Source: Octopus sinensis (Eukaryota). From it: DNA of 64,000 nt. Both the position numbers and the translations under genes were made by a program. Under the pieces are notes generated by a model. The model worked only from the letters and a program-made list of their open reading frames with translations. It was not told the origin of the DNA and did not search any database. This document shows positions 37,964 through 50,410 of this stretch, in pieces (the stretch's first letter is position 1; each line of letters opens with the position of its first letter). The stretch is taken from contig NC_043001.1 of NCBI RefSeq assembly GCF_006345805.1, forward strand, positions 44,020,001-44,084,000. The letters are read 5' to 3'.

Positions 37964-40900
37964 TAGGTAAGGTAATCGAGGTAGTCAGAGTAAGTGACAG
38001 AGTAATCAAAATTAGATTAGTCCTCCACAATAGGTCAGCTACAATCATCTCAGCATATGCCCCTCAACCAGGGCTACCGGAAGGACAAAAAGACCAATTC
38101 TATGACACCCTATTGCGGACTACCTCGTTGACAAATGACAGTGACCTTCTCTTCGTGGCAGGTGATTTCAATGGACATGTTGGACGGCAGGTCGGGGGCT
38201 TCCATGGTGTTCATGGAGGCTACGGTTTTGGCTCTCGTAATGAGGAGGGAACCAGGCTGCTGGAGTTCTGCGATGCAAATGACATTATGGTCTGCAATAC
38301 CAACTTCAGGAAACCCACCTCTCATCTAGTCACCTACCGTTCTGGCAGACACACTAGCCAGATTGACTACATCCTTGCCAGAAAAAGGGAAAGAGGGCTG
38401 CTTATAAATGCCAAAACCTTTCCAGGCGAAGAATGTACTCCTCAACATAGATTAGTAGTTAGCGACTTCAGGATCAGAGCTAAATGGTTGCCCAGAAGAA
38501 GACCAGCTTGGAGGAGAAGGGTCTGGAAGCTTAAAGATCCTGCAAATGGACAGACATTTAGAGACATACTACTCGAAGCCTTTGACGAAATAGAAGGGGA
38601 TATAGCTTCACTTAATGTGGAAGACAACTGGAGATTTCTACGGGACAATCTGCTGACAGTCACTGACCAGATCTGTGGATGGAGCAAAGTATCATCTCGA
38701 CCCAGAGTAACGTGGTGGTGGAACACTGTGGTTGACAGGGCTATTAGACAAAAGAGACAGGCTTGGAAGGACTGGAAGAACGGTGGTAGCAGGGAATTGT
38801 ATCAGACAGCCAGAAGGGAAGCTAGGAGATAGGTTTATTTAGCCAGAGGGGAAGCGGATAAGAAAAAATTTGCCAATGTTCTGAGCCGTGAGGATGAAAG
38901 ACTTGAGGTATTTCGTGTTGCAAGACAGTGTGTGAGAGAAAATCATGATGTGGTAGGAGAGAAATGTGTCCGCATGGATGATGGTTCACTTGCGCTAAAT
39001 GAGGATGCAAAGAGAGAGGTTTGGAGATGCCACTATGAAAGGTTGCTGAATAAAGAAAATGAATGGGATAAAGAGAGTCTGCCGAATGTCAACCCAACAG
39101 AGGGACCAGCCATCCGAGTTGAAAATTCTTTGGTAGTTAAAGCAATTAGGAGCATGAAGACAGGGAAAGCCCCAGGCCCATCAGGAATTACTGCAGAGAT
39201 GCTCAAAATATCTGGCAGTGTCGGCTATAACCTAGTCACCCATATAGTCAACCAGGTGATACACGAAGGAGTCATACCCAATGACTGGTGTAGCAGCATA
39301 CTAGTCAACTGCTACAAAGGTAAAGGTGATGCTCTAGATACAAATAATTACAGAGGTATCAAGCTGTTGGATCAGGTAATGAAGGTTATGGAGAGGGTCA
39401 TAGCCCAACTAATTAGAGAGAGAGTTATTTTAGATGAGATGCAGATTGGGTTCGTGCCAGGGAAAAGTACCACTGATGCTATATTCCTGGTAAGGCAGCT
39501 GCAGGAGAAATACCTAGCCAAAGATAAGCCCCTGTACCTGGCTTTCATTGACATGGAGAAAGCCTTTGACAGGGTCCCCTGATCCCTTATCTAGTGGTCA
39601 ATGAGGAAACTAGGGATAGATGAATGGCTGGTGAGGGCTGTGCAAGCCATGTACAGAGATGCCGTAAGTAAGGTTAGGGTTGGCAACATGTACACAGAAG
39701 AATTCAAAGTAGAGGATGGGGTCCACCAGGGTTCAGTACTTAGCCCCCTCCTATTTATCATAGTCCTCCAGGCAATTACGGAGGAATTCAAGACAGGTTG
39801 CCCCTGGGAGCTCCTCTATGCTGACGACCTTGCTCTAATTGCTGAGTCACTATCAGAACTGTAGGAGAAGTTCCAGGTGTGGAAGGAGGGTTTAGAATCG
39901 AGGGGCCTTAGAGTCAACCTAGCTAAAACCAAAGTACTAATAAGTAGGAAGGTAGACAATCCACAAATGTCTTCAGGAAGATGGCCCTGCTTGATCTGTA
40001 GAAAAGGTGTAGGTAGAAACTCTATAAGATGTACCCAGTGTAAGCTATGGACACATAAGAGGTGCAGCAATGTCAAAGGTAGGCTAACTGGGAAGATAGT
40101 TTTTGTATGTGGCAGATGCTCGGGAGCATTAACCTCCGAAAATCTGCAGAAAACAACTTTCGTCACTTTCCAGGGGGAAAAACTAGAAGTAGTTGATAGC
40201 TTCCGTTATCTAGGTGACCAAGTCAGTAGAGGGGGTGGGTGCGTTTAAAGTGTAACTGCTAGAATAAGAATAGCCTGGGCAAAGTTTAGGGAGCTCTTAC
40301 CTCTGCTGGTGACTAAAGGCAGACTGTATGATGCATGTGTACGAACAGCCATGCTACATGGCAGTGAAACATGGGCCGTGACTGCTGAGGACATGCGTAA
40401 ACTCGCGAGGAATGAAGCCAGTATGCTCCGATGGATGTGTAGTGTCAGTGTACATACTCGACAGAGCGTTAGTACCTTGAGAGAAATGTTGTACCTAAGA
40501 AGCATCAGTTGTGGTATGCAAGAAAGACGATTGCGCTGGTATGGTCACGTGGCGAGAATGGATGAAGATAGGTGTGTGAAAAAGTGCCAATCCCCAGCAG
40601 TTGAGGGAACCCGTGGAAGAGGTAGACCCAGGAAAACCTGGGACGAGGTGGTGAAGCACGACCTTCGAACTTTAGGCCTCACTGAGGAAATGACCAGCGA
40701 CCGAGACCTTTGGAAATATACTGTACGTGAGAAGACCAGGCAGGACAAGTGAGCCCAGCCCACTTATGCATGCCTTTCCTCCCTTGGACCCAAAGACCTG
40801 TTGAGGCAAGCGAAGTCGATATTGAACCTCATCCGACGACAGGCACCCATGCCAACCCCCTTTGCTTGCGAAGACATGTTGGGGCAAGTGAAATCGAAAT

Positions 40901-41253
40901 TGAACCAATCCTATGACTGGCACCCGGCAGATGCCAGGACCCCTGGACTGGTGGTACGTAAAAAGCACTATCCGAATCATGGCCGATGCCAGCGCCGGCT
41001 TGACCGGCTTCTGTGCCGGTGGCACGTAAATTGTACCAATCCGACCGTGGCCGTTGCCAGCCTCGGGTGGCACGTAAAAAGCACCCACTACACTCAGGGA
41101 GTGGTTGGCGTTAGGAAGGGCATCCAGCTGTAGAAACATTGCCAGATAAGACTGGAGCCTGGTGCAGCCTTCTGGCTTCCCAGATCCCCGGTCGAACCGT
41201 CCAACCCATGCTAGCATGGAGAACGGACATTAAACGATGATGATGATGATGAT
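37964..41253 (+). mobile_element. RTE-clade LINE, 5'-truncated: AP endonuclease, RT with inserted PHD finger, 3' UTR and (GAT)n tail; inactivated by several stops
   Basis: Motifs IISAYAP, VAGDFNGHVG, SQIDYIL, PQHRLV, NYRGIKLL, FIDMEKAFDRVP, GVHQGSVLSPLLF, LLYADDL, FRYLGD, RRLRWYGHVAR, GRGRPRKTW in consecutive ORFs 38113-40752; in-frame stops at about 38830, 39580, 39862 and 40246. Confidence 0.95.
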
Positions 41254-41672
41254 CTTAATTTTCCTTTTCCTTTATCACATACAAACATATAGTTGCTTAC
41301 TCATTTTACTAACTGTCTGTAAACTAGCATGTGTTGGAAAGGGACTATTTATGGCAAAATTGCACTATTTTATGATCAGAAGTGCTCTCTGACATAAATC
41401 TTTGCTTAGTTTCAAGTAAGGCATATTTTATTCCATGTCTTTGAAAGTGCAGTGTGACCATTCATGATATCTATAATCATGTACATTTGTACACACACAC
41501 ACGCACATATGCACTCATGCATATGTAATAGACTTCCTACAGTTTCCCTCTACAAAATTCATTCACACTTGCCTGATTGCTTGAAGACATTTGCTCAAGG
41601 TGTCACAGTGGAGCTGAACCCAAAATGGGGATGACAACAAAGCGAATTTCTTAACTGTGCAACAATGCCTGC

Positions 41673-41725
<53 letters not shown>

Positions 41726-42282
41726 TGCATATACACTTGAAAAAATTATGTATAAGTACATTTTGTCCTCCTTTTTCTTTTGTATGTAGGTATCATTAAT
41801 TTCTTCACTGCTACCACAGTGCTGAATCCACATACTTTTACTCTTTTATCTTCTCTTCCTACTCCCCATTAAAAACCCTGACCTTTCAGTCTTTTACTTT
41901 CCTATCTCTCAATCTCCATTACTATTACTTCTCTTTAGCAAAGCAGCAATTTTAGAAAAAGACTTGATTAAAATAAAGCTGCTACTGATTGCGCTGGTAT
42001 ATTCATCAGCTAGTGAAATTGAAATGTTACCTGGTTTAATTCATTTAAGCAGGAAATTGAATTTTAAGGATGCAAATTCAAATTTTGGTCACAAACATTT
42101 GAAATCAACCATTTCATGTGAGAATTTGCTACAAATGAAATGATATTTCTATCCCTAATATTACAGAAAAAAGAGTTTGTCACATTCAAACCTTTCAATA
42201 TGGTTAACAAATAAGATTCCCTCCAACCAAATTGACTCAAATAAACCCGGATAGCTTTAAGACCCTTGCACAGAGGAACCAT

Positions 42283-43240
42283 TGTATTGTTAAAGGCCAA
42301 ATGATTTATGGTCCCTGTTATGACCACAACAGGAATTTAGCTTGCATGGAAGACAAAAATACATCAAATGGTTTTCAAGACTATTTGTAAAAGGTGAAGA
42401 TGGTTGGCTCTCTCTGTCTTCAAAACCTCGACAACAAATGTACAATTCCCTACTGCAAACTCATGACAAAAAATATTTATTACACATATCACTTCTAAGT
42501 TCTGAAATTCAATAAAATTTATGAAATATGAATGTAAACATGTCACCAAAGGATCTGAGACTGCAATGCTCATTCTGATTTTTCATGCAGTAAAACAGAA
42601 ACAAAATTATTGAATTCCAGCAAAGACAATTTCTAAACATACACAGTAGAATACAGATACATAAAAGCACAAAAACATTTCAAGAGGAATACATTAGAGA
42701 ATTAATATGAATTGTTATATTGTAAGAGTATATTCTTACCACAAAAGATGTTGACTACAGTGTATTGTTAAAGGCCAAATGATTTATGGTCCCTGTTATG
42801 ACCACAACAGGAATTTAGCTTGCATGGAAGACAAAAATACATCAAATGGTTTTCAAGACTATTTGTAAAAGGTGAAGATGGTTGGCTCTCTCTGTCTTCA
42901 AAACCTCGACAACAAATGTACAATTCCCTACTGCAAACTCATGACAAAAAATATTTATTACACGTATCACTTCTAAGTTCTGAAATTCAATAAAATTATG
43001 AAATATGAATGTAAACATGTCACCAAAGGATCTGAGACTGCAATGCTCATTCTGATTTTTCATGCAGTAAAACAGAAACAAAATTATTGAATTCCAGCAA
43101 AGACAATTTCTAAACATACACAGTAGAATACAGATACATAAAAGCACAAAAACATTTCAAGAGGAATACATTAGAGAATTAATATGAATTGTTATATTGT
43201 AAGAGTATATTCTTACCACAAAAGATGTTGACTACAGTGT
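42283..43240. repeat. Near-identical tandem duplication (478 and 477 bp units)
   Basis: 42283-42760 versus 42761-43237; I found one substitution (cacatatc/cacgtatc) and one 1-bp indel; tgt microhomology at the junction. Confidence 0.95.
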
Positions 43241-43329
43241 GAGGGGTGGTGGTATAATGAGCATTACTAGGAGGATGAAGGACAATATATACTGTCTTAT
43301 ACTTCATTAACACAAACGTTAGCTTGAGG

Positions 43330-44080
43330 GGTGAAGAGCTTATCCAGAGTTATCTGTTGTATGATGCAGCATCCCGTTGTACAGCTCAGTATGACTCATT
43401 GAATATTCTTTGTGTAATTTTTATGTTGTGTTCATGATTAGGATCTAATTGAGCAAATTTTCCTCTATAATTGCCAACTCTTTAGCAACCATTTTTGGCA
43501 CCAATTTAAGTGGTGTAGGTGAAACTTCCATTTTCTCATCTGTATTTTGAGTTTGTTCTTTTTCCAGCATCAGCTCCTCATTAGACTTTCTACCTAAGAC
43601 ACTAGCAACTCAATCACATCATCCTCTATGATTTCTTCAAATCCTACAATCTTTGCAAGTGTCACACTATTTTCTGAATTTGATGTAAACTTCTTGCTTG
43701 AGGAAAACTTGCAATGTCATGGATACAGTCTGGTCATATAGTTTTCCAAGCACTATTCAAAGTGGAAGGTTTCACTTCATCCCATGACTCATCTATATTA
43801 TCCATAGTATCCATTATGTTGAATTTCTTCCAGAAATCTCTGACTGTATGTTTATCCTCCCTGTCAATTGATTTCACAAGTTGTTTGAAAGTTCTTCTCA
43901 GATAACATGCCTTAAAGTTAGCTATCACACTTTGATCCATTGGCTGGAACCAATAAGTACTCTAAAGACTATTCTACTCTTGCATTATCAAAAAAGTCAT
44001 TGAAGTTCACTGGGTGGTTCAGCACATTGCATAAAAGAAATTTTATCAAACTTTATAGACAATTTGCCCTTTGCACTTCT
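43330..44080 (-). mobile_element. pogo/Tigger (DDE_1, CENP-B-like) transposase remnant
   Basis: QPMDQSVIANFKACYLRRTF...FWKKFNI...SWDEVKPSTLNSAWK; interrupted at about 44085 by an RTE-tail insertion. Confidence 0.7.
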
Positions 44081-45030
44081 AACTTCATCATCATCGTTTA
44101 GCTCCCGCTTTTCATGCTGGCATAGGTTGGACGGTTCAACTGGGGTCTAGGAAGCCAGACAGCTGCACCAGGCCCAGTCTGATCTGGCAATGTTTCTACG
44201 GCTGGATGCCCTTCCTAACGCCAACCACTCCATGAGTTTAGTGGGTGCTTTTTACGTGCCACCGGCACAGGTGCCAGACGAGGCTGGCAAACGGCTATGA
44301 TCGGATGGTGCTTTTTATGTGCCACCAGCACGGAGGCCAGGCGAACACACACACTAATGTACACACATGTAGGTGTACATGCTGATAGCTGTTGTAGCCA
44401 GTTGGATTCAAAAGTTGGTGAGTTGATGGAGGGGATGATGTGGGTTGCATTAATTTAGATGTTAGTGATGGTGGGAAGGTATTGTTGGTGTTGTAGTGAT
44501 TACACTGTTCCTAATTGTATTGTTGTGACTGTTTAGTCTCAGGTTAATCTGCATAGACCTAAGATCAAAGACATTTCATTCAACTTTTAAAATATACTAG
44601 GACACACCATTTATTTGAAATGGATTTATTTTCTTCATACTATATATTACTGTTGCTGTTGGTAGTCGTGATTATGCTAATGAGAGGAACACACACATAC
44701 TCACACACAATATGATAGTTTTTCCAAATCATTAACTATATATTTTGATCTAAAATGCAAGTGGCTGTTGAGTTAAGAAAGAGTAATGTTGAATTCTTAA
44801 CACTTTAAAACTATAAATACATGTTTCTGTAAGAGTGAAATTATAGTCTGTACCCCAAAATTAATGGTCATACTTTACAATTTCCATAAGCATCAAATCC
44901 CATAACCAGTGGTAGCCATAACTTGTGTGTGTAGTGGGGGGTGCCCCTTTAACTGTTTTTCAAGTTACTTAACCCTGTGTTCATATTTAATATGTCTGAA
45001 TTAGATGTCATGCACATAGTTTTTGAAATA

Positions 45031-46284
45031 TATTAAGTTGTTTCATATGAAATGTTGTATTTGAAAGGTAACAATAAAATGTTTCAGAAGTGTTAGAGAA
45101 CTGATTTATTTAATCAAAGTATGATTAATGTTCATTTATGACCTTTACCCAACGTTTCTCTATGTCATATATTCCATCTTTAAAAAAAAATTCGTCTTTT
45201 GCTGTGATAAACTGTCTGAATGCTTCAATTAACTTTTCTCTATTTAAGAATGTTTTATTGCTTATGAAAAACTCCAAATGCTTAAATAAATGATTATCAG
45301 TAGGAGAGATATCAAGGGAATGGAGAGGATGTTGCAAAATCTCATAATTCAGGCTTTGAAACTTTTGAACTATAGCTTGAAGAGTGTGAGGACATGCACT
45401 GTTGCGGAGTAAAATTGGGCTATCTCTATTCACTAGTCTTGGTTGCTTCTTTTTCAAATTCTCATGCATACAATCAATTTACTGGCAATACCATGTACCT
45501 GTTACCGTTTTTCCTTGTTACAAAAATGAATAATGAATAACTCCTTTTGCAGACCACCATACAATGACCACTAACTTTTTAGGGTGCAATGGTGGGTTTG
45601 GGTAGTGTTTAGGTGACTCTCCTGCATCTAATCACTGTCCTGTTCTCCTGCTGTTGTCAGAGAGTATCCATTTCTCATTACAAGTAATGATTTGATGCAA
45701 AAATGGCCTTTTCCAGCCAAGAAAGCAATAGGGAGCACACTTTGAGGTGTCTGCTTTTTTTAATCTTGTTCAGTTGATGTGGAACAAACCTATCCATTTT
45801 CTTGATTTGTCCAATTTTTGAGAGATGTCCAAAAACAGTTGTGCGAGATATATGGAGTTCTGATGAAAGTTTTGAAACCATTGTTCTCAGATTTTGTTCA
45901 ACCAAAGCATTTAATCCATCATGCCAAATAACTGATTTTGGCCTACCCCTTGGTTTATTTTTGAGGTTCTCATCTCCTGAACAAGAGCTTTGGAACCATC
46001 TCTGAACAGTCCTGATGTCAACAAAACCACTACCAAAGGCTTGCTTGATATTCCATAGAGCTTCTGCGGCACAGTGACCCAGTTTGTACTCATACAAGAA
46101 AATCACTCAACATAGTTTGGTTGTTATTATTTTCATAAGGTCTGTGGATACGAATTTTGTATACCAATATTGTTGGGAAAGACAAAGAGTCAAGATTAAA
46201 TACAAGGTTTACATAGTTGAGTTTTTAAATGACTGAAATAACAAGTAATTAAAAATGCGACATTTCATGTGAAGCAACCTAATA
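45031..46284 (-). mobile_element. Full-length decayed mariner element (1254 bp)
   Basis: Inverted ends tattaagttgtttcatatgaaatgttgtattt and aaatgcgacatttcatgtgaagcaacctaata with TA termini; transposase fragments TVQRWFQ, GRPKS, DRFVPHQL, DISPTDNHLF, EKRWVKVI. Confidence 0.9.
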
Positions 46285-46548
46285 CTTTTAATATCAAGTG
46301 TCTACATGTAACAGTGCACTAAACACAGAAATGTATTAAATGTGTTGGTAAGCAGTTTCATTTCTCACATGAACGATGACTTTTCATGAGAAATCCAATA
46401 GTATTTTATGAAAACAAATACACATTCATTAAAAACAATTTTGGGCCATTTATAGCTACTTTTCAATTTGAGCAGAGGTCCCTACTCTCTCTCTCTCACA
46501 CACACACACATATATATCACAGCATGGAAAAATGAACATTTAATGATT

Positions 46549-46588
<40 letters not shown>

Positions 46589-47453
46589 GACAAGAATACA
46601 AAACATCCAGACAGTTAGGTGATACAAAAAAGGGACAACAAAACAACCAGATAGACGATACAAAGAAAACAATGACGGGTCATTCGGAGTTTTCTTTCCT
46701 CAGTTGAGTTCCAGATATCTTTGCAATTTAGGCTGATTATATTTGTGATTGCTCCAATCTGGTCAGCCCCAAGGAAAAACTAAGCTAAGAACATTAGATT
46801 CCTTGGAAACGTATGTATATGATAACAAGGACTGAAAAAACGGAGAAAGTTACACAAATACACATAACAAGACATAACAACAGGTGTCTTTCGACTAAGG
46901 ATGAATTAAATTAAGCTGGCGTGTATGGAAGTAAAGCCTTACGGCAGGGATACAAGATTTCACAGGCACAGAGAAGAATATAGATGTTGCATGGCCCACG
47001 GCCAAAGCAAGAAAGAAAGGTCAGGCTTGGCCGAACACTGGTCATGTGGGGAGAGAAGAGAAAGAGGCAGGACAGAAGAAATAAGGAGGGGCAAGAAAAA
47101 ATGACAGGGACACAGTGAAGTGAAAGGAGGAGGGAAAGTGAGCATGAAGTGAAGGCAATGAAATGTGAGAGAGAGGGAACGAAAGAACGAAATAAGCGTG
47201 AAAGGGCTGATAGAAAGAAGGAAAGAAGAAAATGATAAAAGAAAGAGTAGTACAAGATTTACATAAATATATACTTACATATAAGAGACCAAAGTTTACA
47301 TACATGACTATATATATAATACAAAATGGGACAAGAACGCAAAACATCCAGACAGTTAGGTGAAAACAACCAGATAGACGATACAAAGAAAACAAGGACG
47401 GGTCATTCAGAGTTTTCTTTCCTCAGTCGAGTTCCAGATTACCTTTGCAATTT
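46589..47453. mobile_element. Non-autonomous element with direct terminal repeats (Penelope-like pseudo-LTR architecture) inserted in a TA/CA microsatellite
   Basis: Direct repeats at 46589-46729 and 47330-47453 (gacaagaa...aaacatccagacagttaggtga...ctttgcaattt); purine-rich noncoding interior; class assignment is inference. Confidence 0.55.
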
Positions 47454-47455
47454 CA

Positions 47456-47493
<38 letters not shown>

Positions 47494-48144
47494 GTTACAG
47501 ATGTAGTTACAAACTTAGTCATACTTAAGAGTGATACTTATTTCACCTATTTCAAAATATGTATGCCAAGAAAATACAGAAATTAAAGAAATGTGGAAAA
47601 ATAGAACTGTGTGATTCCTTATTCTTTGTTTAAATCAACATATGTTTATGTACATGGCTGCCATTCTATAAAACAAGATGTGCTGACATCTGTAAACTAA
47701 CATGCAATGTTTATTTTTAAAAACTGTTCTCTTTCCTTCTTAACCCCTCTCACTTTTAGTATATTCTATGTAGAACATTTGACATTTGCTAATGTGCACT
47801 TATTTAATAGACACATTTATGATACAAATAACAAATGAAAATTCTTGAACAGTAAGAAAAATAAAGTTCATGTTTGCCATTTTTGATTACATTGATGTTT
47901 GGCAATATAACAAACTCCAAAAACAAAAAAAATCTGTCACCAGTATTATTGATAATCATTAAGAACTGCTAGTTATCATAATGATCACATCTGCTAATGA
48001 TCCAAACCAATTAAATTTTAAGCTTTACAAATACTTGGCAAAATTCCTTTGTAAAGTTGACATTTTAGAAAATATGATAAACAATTTCATACTAAGTTTG
48101 GGAAAAGGTATTGATTAACCAAGACCTGAAAATAGTGGACTTAC

Positions 48145-48173
48145 ATCCTAACATCTTAAAGGGTTTAGATAGT
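48145..48173 (-). CDS. Micro-exon of the same unidentified gene
   Basis: Long T-rich acceptor ...tttttatttttctag, donor gtaagt; 29 nt, phase 2-1, (K)LSKPFKMLG. Confidence 0.55.
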
Positions 48174-48561
48174 CTAGAAAAATAAAAATTAAAAAAATAA
48201 TAAAACATCTAGCTTTAAAGAGGGGAAAAAATTATTTCTTAAAAGTTTTTAAAACAAACATTTAATGAAAGTTTAAAATGAGGTTGGATAAGAGTCATTT
48301 TACCATGATCATTTTTTAAAATCACTGCCCTTACTTACAAATATGTGTGCATCATTATACTTATTTGCATAATGTATGTATGCACACATCCTGACAACTT
48401 TGTGAATTCTATGGAACAAATGGGTTAAGGGTTAAAGAATTAAACCCAAGCAGAAAAAAGTGAATCAAACTTCTCTTTCAGATAATTCTGAATTTCTCAT
48501 CTGTACATTCAAACTTCATGCCAGGATTACAAAAGTAGACATAAAATATAATGATGCTCAC

Positions 48562-48718
48562 TTAGAAATGGGAAAGCTTGGGAAACACTTTGCGTCTGAT
48601 ATTTGCTTGTAACAAGCAGAAGGCCCATTCCACAGAATCCCTGTTAACTGGTCAGCAGTCTGTTGAGCTTCTAAACAGAATGATTTGAGACTACTGATGT
48701 ACTGGGAGAGTGGCTTAT
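48562..48718 (-). CDS. Exon of an unidentified spliced gene
   Basis: Acceptor ttctatttccag, donor gtgagc; 157 nt, phase 1-2, open: KPLSQYISSLKSFCLEAQQTADQLTGILWNGPSACYKQISDAKCFPSFPIS; phase-compatible with the exon at 48145-48173. Confidence 0.6.
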
Positions 48719-49269
48719 CTGGAAATAGAATCAGTAGACAGGTCAGAATAAGCCATATTGCAAAAGTTGACTAGTGCTAAAAACTGCTAAATCAATTCAA
48801 AAGCAACAAATAAGCACATTCTTTTGAAAGCTTTTTACTTAATGCATGTCATTTATTATCGTTTTTCTTTTGCTATTCGGTGCATTTGCAAGTGCCTATT
48901 TGAAAAGAAGTCAGGCTGTGGGAGACAAAGAATTGAGAGATGTGAAATGAGTACAACAAATACTACAAGTTAACAAGCAGAGCAGAATTAGGCCAACGTT
49001 TAAATACAATGTAAAAGGTCTGCTGAATAAGATAAGCTGTCTAACCAAAGACAACATAAAAAAGCAAGAGAAATAGGAAAAATGAAAATTAGAAAAAAAG
49101 AGAAATATAGAAGAACTGTTTGTAAAAAATAAAAATAGTGTGTATGTTTATGTGTATGTGTCTGATGGTGGATGGGTAGGTAGGCAGGCAGACAGACAGA
49201 TAGATATAAACGATACAAACAGATAAACAGATAGAAAGAGAGAGGGATAAATTATCAGTAAAAGCAGTT

Positions 49270-50000
49270 TGCTTCTTTCATAACATGGGTGATGAGAACA
49301 TCCTTGAGGTCATCATATCTCACAATGATGAAATCAAGTATGTTAAAGTGAGGGTGTATCTGTGATGTCATATATTTTGCCTTCAGGAATTGAGAGCTAA
49401 GTTAGAGGTGATGGGTTTGTACCAAGACAGAGAACCACCAGGGTATAGTTTTCTTAGGGAAGTAACAACAAGAGACGGCTTTGGTCAAGAATGAACCATA
49501 ACATTCTTGACTTGAAGAAGGTCCTTAATAGGATACTATATTCTATAGTCTTATAATTATTAAGAAGACTGAAGGCAGATGAGTAGCCAGTGAGAGCCAG
49601 AAATCAGTATCCATAAATGTTTGGTTTCCCAGCTTTTTCCTGTTGATTACAGTTTTCTCAATAATAACAGAGTAGTTCAAGATTGGCATCCCATAGCAAC
49701 TGCTGTAAGTTGATGACCTCAATGAAATCAGTTAAAAAAATTAGAAAAATTCCAAACATGGAAGAAAGATCTAGGACTGAGAAGCTGAAAGATCCATGTA
49801 GTAGAGATCCATATTTTACTTGAAAGGAAACAGAACACCACCAACTGAGAAGTGGCCAAACTTGATACGCAGAAAGGCAATTGATAAGGACTTTATACTG
49901 TGTAAGCAATGCAAACAACTGGTACCCAAAAAAGTACAGTAGGATTCCAGGTATGTATAATAGATGCACATGAGTAACTAGCAGTAAGAGCACCAAATAA
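49270..50000 (-). mobile_element. Ancient LINE RT C-terminal remnant (L2/CR1-like)
   Basis: LLTQYKVLI...VWP resembles the LxLYKxxIRPxLEY..W region; heavily decayed. Confidence 0.35.
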
Positions 50001-50199
50001 ATGAAATCTCTTAGTTGTCAAGAAAACTCATTAGAAGTAGTTTATAACTTCTGTTACTGAGGAGATGTCTTCAGCAATGATGTATTACAAAGGTATGGTA
50101 ATAAAAGTAAAGATTGACTAGAGAAAGTTCAGTGAGCTACTAACTACCTCTGTTGACAAGAAAGGGTTTCAGATTTCTTTCTGCAAGTGAAGAACAAAC

Positions 50200-50410
50200 T
50201 GTTAGATGCTTGTGCACAAAGTACAATGAATGCATAGGCAAGAAAGCAATGTAGTAAGAATGCTCTACAAGAAGTGTAACCACAGCAAGAAGGAGCAAGA
50301 GAGAAGACTGAGATGGTATGGGCAAGTGATGTGTATGAAGAATGACAATTGGATGAATGCAAGCAGGAGCCTGCCGACAAGTAAGACTGAAAGAGACATG
50401 AACAAAAGTG
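50200..50410 (+). mobile_element. RTE ORF 3' remnant of the same family as 37964-41253
   Basis: QERRLRWYGQVMCMKND. Confidence 0.55.

Noticed and set aside
47385-47430. Possible hammerhead in the direct repeats (minus strand CTGAGGA...CTCTGAAT...GTC)
   Set aside because: No GAAA after a pairable stem II and no stem I pairing; the core is incomplete
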